64,000 nt of DNA, from positions 947 to 64,946 of the IMG/VR virus record IMGVR_UViG_3300037424_000553; one strand, written 5' to 3'. Below are positions 58,492-64,000 of the stretch, in pieces; the stretch's first letter is position 1; each line of letters opens with the position of its first letter. A program made the position numbers and the translations under genes. The notes beneath the pieces were generated by a model. That model was not told the DNA's origin. It searched no databases and was given only the letters and a program-made list of their open reading frames with translations. Origin of the DNA: a virus.

Positions 58492-59006
58492 TACCGCTCT
58501 CCGTGCTGCATGCGATAGAAGGCTTCCACATTCCCCATCGCATCATGCACTGGGTTGTGATCATGCGGCGTGACTCGCATCTTTTTCCACTCCTGACTCT
58601 TCGCAAAGTTCCCAACGAGTCCGGCATAGTAGTCGGAGATCCGACGCCCTGAGTGTCCGAACGGGTTGCTCCCGGTGTGTCGCCAGAACCCATCGTTGAT
58701 CCATTGAAAATCGTACGCCGGATTATCGCTCACGAAGATCGGACGCCCGTTGAATCCCCATAGCCACTGTGCAAATTGAATGAACACAGTCTTGGCATCA
58801 TACCGTGTCCCAACAATGAATGACTTGGCTGGATTGATTTGATCCGGAACGCACTGCGCGAGAATCCCATGGAACGTCTCCCACTTGAGGCTCTCGTGAT
58901 TCTTGAACTCTTTGTAGCAGTCGTAATTCACCGCTCCGAACTCAGTGAGCTCACCCATCGATGGGCAGGGTCCAACAGCTTCGCAGTCGACGAAGATCAG
59001 TGGCAT
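58491..59006 (-). CDS. DEDDh 3'-5' exonuclease (Rv2179c-like)
   Basis: FVDCE, SDNPAYD, HNPVHDA. Confidence 0.85.
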   Translation of the reverse strand: MPLIFVDCEAVGPCPSMGELTEFGAVNYDCYKEFKNHESLKWETFHGILAQCVPDQINPAKSFIVGTRYDAKTVFIQFAQWLWGFNGRPIFVSDNPAYDFQWINDGFWRHTGSNPFGHSGRRISDYYAGLVGNFAKSQEWKKMRVTPHDHNPVHDAMGNVEAFYRMQHGER

Positions 59007-59009
59007 GAT

Positions 59010-59246
59010 TCAGTCTTTCTTGGGGAGCTTCACGGCTCGCCCACCATTCGTATGAATCTGTTCAGGAACATACCATGGTGCCGGATTCACTCGAGGCGGT
59101 GGTGAATCAATACGTGCAGCTCTCACACGCTCAGCGGCATCATCAAGGCATCGACGAGCCTGAGCAAGTTGCTCATCCATTTCACGACGATCAGTCTTGA
59201 AGATGACAACAAGTGCAGGAATGATGCGAATGAGCAGGTCAATCAT
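59010..59246 (-). CDS. hypothetical protein
   Basis: Packed ORF. Confidence 0.55.
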   Translation of the reverse strand: MIDLLIRIIPALVVIFKTDRREMDEQLAQARRCLDDAAERVRAARIDSPPPRVNPAPWYVPEQIHTNGGRAVKLPKKD

Positions 59247-59713
59247 GGATCAAGCCGGTGCATGCGCCGAGTCCGCTCCCATAGCTCATCGATTTTATCC
59301 GGTGGAACATGGGCCTCGTAGCGCGCCATGTACTCGTAGTCCTCACGCCGCCCAGCCTTGATGAGATCCAGGAGCACCAGGTGCACCTCGCGATGCTGCT
59401 CAACGCCACCAGGTGAGTAGTCGGGATTTTCCTGTCCAGGCTGCCAGACACCTTGCCAGGCCATCATCATCGACTCGAGCCTGATTCGCTCCGGGCTCAC
59501 CGCCGGAATGATGAAATGAAAATCTTCAGGTCTCAGCAACATCATCTCGCGAATTGCAATCCCGAATGCTTCGAGCGATCGCCCGACCCGCTCAGCATGC
59601 TGCCCAATGCTCTGAACAAACTGTTCCAACAGTTGGCGCTGCTCTTCACCGTTGAGTGGGATCTCCTCCAACTCGAGTGTCAGATCATTCACGCGGTAAC
59701 GTCTGACCGGCAT
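59243..59713 (-). CDS. hypothetical protein
   Basis: Coupled. Confidence 0.6.
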   Translation of the reverse strand: MPVRRYRVNDLTLELEEIPLNGEEQRQLLEQFVQSIGQHAERVGRSLEAFGIAIREMMLLRPEDFHFIIPAVSPERIRLESMMMAWQGVWQPGQENPDYSPGGVEQHREVHLVLLDLIKAGRREDYEYMARYEAHVPPDKIDELWERTRRMHRLDP

Positions 59714-60225
59714 CAGAGTTTGCTCGGCTCCACACCCTGGGCATTCTGATAGTGCCCGGCGTAGGGCTTCATGGCTGGTTGATCAAGCTGGTGCACGATG
59801 ATCTGCGCGAATTTCATGCCAGTCCAGAGTGGCAATGACGCATACTGCCTGACATTGGTGATTTCCATCGTGAGGTATCCGTTCCACCCTGGATCCACCC
59901 AGAACGCGAGTGAGTGATTGTAGCCCTCACGCGCCCTGCTGCTCTTGAGCTTCAACTCTACCGCGTATCCATTCGGAACGTAGATGCTCTCGTAGAGATC
60001 CACAAGCATGAACTGCCCAGGCTGTATGGTCCAGGGATTGTGCTTGCTTGCTATCACCTCGAGGTAAACATCGCGAAACCCGGCTTCGCTCTGAGCCTCG
60101 ACTAGCAACCTCCGTCCGATGCGAACATCAATCGAAGCCGGATTGATCAGACTGAAATCACGCTCTTCAATGTTCGGGATCAACGTCGGAAGCAACTTCA
60201 GGAGCGAGCCATCGCTGAGTATCAT
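59713..60225 (-). CDS. dcd: dCTP deaminase
   Basis: INPASIDVR, KSSRAREG, WVDPGWNGYLTMEI, Y.GHYQ. Confidence 0.92.
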   Translation of the reverse strand: MILSDGSLLKLLPTLIPNIEERDFSLINPASIDVRIGRRLLVEAQSEAGFRDVYLEVIASKHNPWTIQPGQFMLVDLYESIYVPNGYAVELKLKSSRAREGYNHSLAFWVDPGWNGYLTMEITNVRQYASLPLWTGMKFAQIIVHQLDQPAMKPYAGHYQNAQGVEPSKL

Positions 60226-60315
60226 GTCACCATTCTCCTAGATGTGACCAACAACTTCCACATGCCTGAGAACGATCTCACCATTCATCAGATACACTGC
60301 CATCACCGGGTGTAG

Positions 60316-60690
60316 TCAGCCACCTGTCGGGAGCCGCTGCGGAAAGCCGTACTCCTCGGATGTCTTGTTGAACTTCTTGATGATCGCCTCCGGGAAGCTC
60401 CGATCAATCACCGTGAGCAGGAGGTCCAGGTACAGGAACGTGTCGGCCGCTTCCTCAGCGATCTTGTCCTTCGCCTGCTCGATCGTCGAGAGTTGCCGGC
60501 CGGGCTCGCTGATGTTCTTGATCTCGTCCTGAATGCGCCGCAGCTTCTTCACTGCATTGCAGGTCTCCCCAGCCTCACCAGCCATCGCGTTCGACCAATC
60601 CGCAACGCTCCAGTTCTTCAGATCTCCATCGTGCCAGAGCTTCCCGCGCTCGACGTTGACGACGTGCACTTCACCGAACTGCATGTCCAT
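60316..60690 (-). CDS. MazG-like nucleotide pyrophosphohydrolase
   Basis: GEAGETCNAVKK...EEAADTFLYL. Confidence 0.85.
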   Translation of the reverse strand: MDMQFGEVHVVNVERGKLWHDGDLKNWSVADWSNAMAGEAGETCNAVKKLRRIQDEIKNISEPGRQLSTIEQAKDKIAEEAADTFLYLDLLLTVIDRSFPEAIIKKFNKTSEEYGFPQRLPTGG

Positions 60691-60947
60691 CAGCCCTTGC
60701 TCCTCTTGGGATCACGCCCGTACGTCGCCTCGCCGGTGTTCCCCTTCTGAATCTTGCCATCCTTGTTGTGAATGTACAACTGCGTGAGCTGCCCGGTCTC
60801 CACCCAGATGTTGCGGCAGTGCGCACGGGCCCTGGTCACAAGCGTGCGCTTGTGATCATCAATGGAAATGGCAGCCTTGGACGCGTCAACAAACTTCCAG
60901 ACACCAGCCTTTGACCACCGTACTCGATAGACCAACCGCTTTGCCAT
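60690..60947 (-). CDS. DUF2188-like protein
   Basis: LYIHNKDGKIQ...TYGRDP..SKG. Confidence 0.7.
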   Translation of the reverse strand: MAKRLVYRVRWSKAGVWKFVDASKAAISIDDHKRTLVTRARAHCRNIWVETGQLTQLYIHNKDGKIQKGNTGEATYGRDPKRSKG

Positions 60948-61372
60948 TATCGCCTCCAGAGTGAAGGATAGTCCTGCTTCAACAATTTACTCACCTCATC
61001 AGACACCGGGATCTCCTGCGCCTGCACGTACGTGATCATCAATCGCAAGTGTTGTTCACGCTCTGGCGTCCAGCCATGATCAAGATCACGTGTAAACATG
61101 AAGTAGATCTCGAACAACCGCCCATAGTCTGCTCTGAGTCGTTTGCTCGCAGATTTACTCAGAACTTCAACCTGACGGAGATTGTTGATGGCACCGAGCA
61201 CTGTCTCGTGATCAAGCCGGTAATCTCTCAGAGCTTCGTTGATCTCCGTCCACTGAATATGTCTGAACAAAACCTGTACCACACGGACCCATCCGAACTC
61301 GCCGAAATTGAGTCCACCAAGCACTGACTTGAGCTGCTGTGCTGCCGCCACCTCGTCTTGCTGTTGGTTCAT
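60947..61372 (-). CDS. hypothetical protein
   Basis: SD GGAG before ATG 61372. Confidence 0.6.
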   Translation of the reverse strand: MNQQQDEVAAAQQLKSVLGGLNFGEFGWVRVVQVLFRHIQWTEINEALRDYRLDHETVLGAINNLRQVEVLSKSASKRLRADYGRLFEIYFMFTRDLDHGWTPEREQHLRLMITYVQAQEIPVSDEVSKLLKQDYPSLWRR

Positions 61373-61489
61373 CGTCTGATGATCTCCGGCAATGTCTCTT
61401 GATGCCGCTTGCAGAGAATGAGGATTTCTCCACGAATCAGGATACAGCCGCACCTGAAGTCACGACGGACCTCTGACGGGACCTTCCCA

Positions 61490-61777
61490 CTATCCTGCGA
61501 GGCTGGCAACGCCGTGCTCCACGGTTCCGATCCACTCACATCGTTGGCCATTCCTGGTGATCCCACAAATGATGGGTGTCTTGACCGTGAACCGCTTGAA
61601 GCTATCGTGCCATTCGATCGCATGCCCACTCGGATGCGGCGCTGGACCAATATGAAGCAGCGCTCCACACCCTGGACAGCGAAGCAAGAATCCGGTCGGC
61701 TCCGCGTTGCTTCCCACCCTGACAGGCACCCATTCACCCGGCTTCTTGGGATTGCTGTTCACCGGCCTGAGAATCAT
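61490..61777 (-). CDS. Cys/His-rich hypothetical protein
   Basis: CPGC...H...C...C. Confidence 0.6.
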   Translation of the reverse strand: MILRPVNSNPKKPGEWVPVRVGSNAEPTGFLLRCPGCGALLHIGPAPHPSGHAIEWHDSFKRFTVKTPIICGITRNGQRCEWIGTVEHGVASLAG

Positions 61778-62148
61778 ACCGGCTCCTTGCGAATAGGTGG
61801 CATCATCGGTGGTGTAAGACGCCGAGCCTTATTCCACCAAAGGTGGAGCGTGAACTTATGGAGGTTGATGTACTCCTCATGCGGTGGAAACACCTGGATC
61901 ACCTCGACGTCAGGCGGAAAGAACTCGTAGCGGACCGCAAGCAGTTCATCCCACGTCGGCAGCCGCTTCTTGGCACTGAACGAAACATGCCGCCACGGTT
62001 CCTGACTCCCATCATAGACATCATCATCGGTGACCATGATGCGGAGACTCCCCCAGCCGAACATCCTCGCGGTGTTCGATTGAATGTTCTCCCACACAGA
62101 CGCCGGAGCAATCGCTGTCACATCCATCGGCTTGCCGGGTGGCATCAT
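61774..62148 (-). CDS. conserved phage hypothetical protein
   Basis: WRHVSFS...PTWDEL..VR...HLW motif. Confidence 0.7.
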   Translation of the reverse strand: MMPPGKPMDVTAIAPASVWENIQSNTARMFGWGSLRIMVTDDDVYDGSQEPWRHVSFSAKKRLPTWDELLAVRYEFFPPDVEVIQVFPPHEEYINLHKFTLHLWWNKARRLTPPMMPPIRKEPV

Positions 62149-62286
62149 TGCTCCTTCAGGCTGCGCTCGAGCGCCCAGCCGATGTAGAATCCAAGAACAA
62201 TGTAGACTGGAATCACCAACACAAAACAACAGTGCCCCAACGCTCTCCCAAGTTTGGAAGAACGCCGGGGCACCGTCATGTAGATC

Positions 62287-63231
62287 CTAGTTGCCCTGGA
62301 CTGCGAGCGTCGGCGTGGCACGCTCGGGCGCCGGCGTGAAACTCACCGGCTTCAGCGGAGTAGTGGTCTCCTTCTCTTCGATCCGAGCCGACCTGACCGA
62401 CCCAGACTTGAAACCCGTGATGGAGAGCATGAGCTCACCCTTGACGTACGACCCGGAAACACCCATGCCCAGGCCGACAGCTCCAGCGAGCGCGTAGGGA
62501 TTCGCCCCACCAGCGGGCATCCCGGAACCACCGAATGATGCGGAACCACCGAAGCCCCAGGTCCGATTGACGGGGCGAATCACGAACTCGACGACGCCCT
62601 CGTCGGCGCCCTTGTCCATCGCCTTGCGAGCAGCGGAGCAGACGGCTTCGATCCACTGCCCGTCCTTCTCTTCCACTCGAACGGCACCGACGTACCCGGA
62701 GAAGTTGGCCGCCGGAGCGACCTTGTCCCACGCGGGATAGTACAGCTTGATGGACCGCTTGTCATCGCTCTTGGACGACCCGTTGCAGTCACTGGCCTGT
62801 GCGTAGGTCATCGCGATTGGCCGCACCGGACCGGCACCGTTGATGAACGTGCTGGGCAGATAGGGCTGCGTGAAGTTGGGATACGCCGGCGCGAACCCCG
62901 GGAGCTGAATCAGGTTCGGGACCGAGTTGGAGATTACGGTCTGCGACGGGTTGTTGCTCAGCGCATTCTCGTTCTCGTTCTTGTTCTTGTTCTCGTTGAC
63001 CGACGTCTGCGACTGATCGGACGTCGCCGCCCCACCAGTACCGATGCCAGTCCCGACAGCCGTCCCACCAGTCGCGGTCGCCGAGGCGCCTGAGACCGTG
63101 GACTGAATCGCGGAATTGAGATTGTTCTGCGTCACCTGCGCGGAAACGGGCATCGCCGACGTCATGATCAACGCCAGCGCCGACCAAATGCCGATGACGA
63201 CCCTCCGGTACGTCCAGTTGACTCGAAACAT
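62287..63231 (-). CDS. secreted protein with Gln/Asn-rich beta-strand segment
   Basis: Signal peptide ending AMPVSA; SVNENKNKNENENAL. Confidence 0.75.
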   Translation of the reverse strand: MFRVNWTYRRVVIGIWSALALIMTSAMPVSAQVTQNNLNSAIQSTVSGASATATGGTAVGTGIGTGGAATSDQSQTSVNENKNKNENENALSNNPSQTVISNSVPNLIQLPGFAPAYPNFTQPYLPSTFINGAGPVRPIAMTYAQASDCNGSSKSDDKRSIKLYYPAWDKVAPAANFSGYVGAVRVEEKDGQWIEAVCSAARKAMDKGADEGVVEFVIRPVNRTWGFGGSASFGGSGMPAGGANPYALAGAVGLGMGVSGSYVKGELMLSITGFKSGSVRSARIEEKETTTPLKPVSFTPAPERATPTLAVQGN

Positions 63232-63271
63232 CTGGATGATCCTCCTGTAACTGTGAGTTGTTAGGGTGAAT

Positions 63272-63303
63272 GAGTGACCCAGCCAGATATCACTGGGTCA
63301 CTC
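63272..63303. terminator. intergenic hairpin
   Basis: GAGTGACCCAG/CTGGGTCACTC 11-bp stem. Confidence 0.6.
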
Positions 63304-63316
63304 GCCACGTGTCGAA

Positions 63317-63727
63317 CTACTGACTGACGTTCCCGGAGCCGTTGACCAGGGCGTTCTTGTTGACGTTCACGTTGGTATTGACGTTCACGCTCGACTGATA
63401 CTGCTCGGAGCGAGCGCTCCCGCCGGTCGCCTGAGCCGACGCCGAGGCCGAACCACCGATGCCGACACCGACGCCCACCGCGATGGTGTGCTGACGGATG
63501 GCATTGGCGTTGATGGCGATCGCGTTCTGCGTCTGCGACTGAGCCTGAGCCTGACTCTGCGACTGATCCTGCGTCTGGGTCTGTGAGAGCGTGTCACCGA
63601 CGACGCTGTTGTCCGCGCCGGTGCAGTTCTGGACGAAGGCTCCGTTGCAGTCCGCGAGCGCGACGCCCGGAACCACCGCGAAGAGGGCCAGGGCCAGAAC
63701 CGTGACGATGCTGATGAGCTTCGACAT
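63317..63727 (-). CDS. secreted Gln/Asn-rich low-complexity protein
   Basis: Signal peptide ending GVALA; QTQTQDQSQSQAQAQSQ; SVNVNTNVNVNKNAL. Confidence 0.8.
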   Translation of the reverse strand: MSKLISIVTVLALALFAVVPGVALADCNGAFVQNCTGADNSVVGDTLSQTQTQDQSQSQAQAQSQTQNAIAINANAIRQHTIAVGVGVGIGGSASASAQATGGSARSEQYQSSVNVNTNVNVNKNALVNGSGNVSQ

Positions 63728-63790
63728 CGATGTTTCTCCTGTGTAGTTTATGGTGATCCTAACTTCTTTTCCCTAACCCGAAACTGCCAA

Positions 63791-64000
63791 TCAATCCCGG
63801 TTGGGTTGCGTCTGTCCGTCACCATGGCGAACAGGCGGTAGTACGACACTCGGCTGCACGTGAATCCGAAATCCTTTCGACTGCTCGATGAACTGCTTCT
63901 GCCCTTCGACCGCCCCGCAATTCAGGTATGCCTGATTGAAGCCATGCGCTGCCATGACTCCGCACCGCTGATCGACGGGCCACGGAGACTGCTTAGACTT
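63791..64000 (-). CDS. partial hypothetical protein (5' end outside window)
   Basis: Open frame to window edge. Confidence 0.45.
   Translation of the reverse strand, partial: KSKQSPWPVDQRCGVMAAHGFNQAYLNCGAVEGQKQFIEQSKGFRIHVQPSVVLPPVRHGDGQTQPNRD

Noticed and set aside
60285-60291. CUGAUGA hammerhead core word on the minus strand
   Set aside because: No stem II or GAAA follows; it lies in a tiny ORF.
1-64000. Long plus-strand ORFs (e.g. 1694-2803, 22617-23549, 27266-28177, 42832-44412, 47803-49074)
   Set aside because: Antisense shadows of GC3-rich minus-strand genes; no motifs or ribosome-binding sites.
1-64000. CRISPR array, tRNA genes, integrase or IS elements
   Set aside because: No regularly spaced repeats, cloverleaf signatures or transposase/integrase motifs noticed by eye; small tRNAs could have been missed.
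1-64000. Stop-codon reassignment
   Set aside because: Conserved genes are intact under code 11 and end in TGA, TAG or TAA with tight overlaps.

Overview
64-kb segment of a GC-rich tailed dsDNA phage genome with a siphovirus-like morphogenesis module and no sheath gene. Essentially all real genes are on the minus strand; the many plus-strand ORFs are antisense shadows. In transcription order (high to low coordinates) it contains: (1) two paralogous secreted Gln/Asn-rich proteins; (2) nucleotide-metabolism genes (MazG-like, dCTP deaminase, DEDDh exonuclease); (3) a terminase small subunit; (4) about 13 kb of accessory genes including four GT-A glycosyltransferases, two SAM methyltransferase domains and an RmlD-like sugar reductase; (5) terminase large subunit, an apparently split portal, a 25-repeat fibre-like protein, a MuF-NUDIX fusion, motif-rich head accessory proteins (one with a HiPIP-like domain), protease/scaffold and major capsid; (6) head-tail and tail genes; (7) a lysis cassette with a GH108 endolysin; (8) an 860-bp gene-free control region; and (9) small early-type genes plus a Ycf46-like AAA ATPase and a DUF3150-like protein. 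The most striking signal is in the control region: a roughly 650-nt, tetraloop-rich RNA with long-range helices, starting at a putative promoter and ending in a clear type III hammerhead ribozyme just upstream of the early genes. All family assignments are from motif recognition by eye; no searches or folding programs were run.
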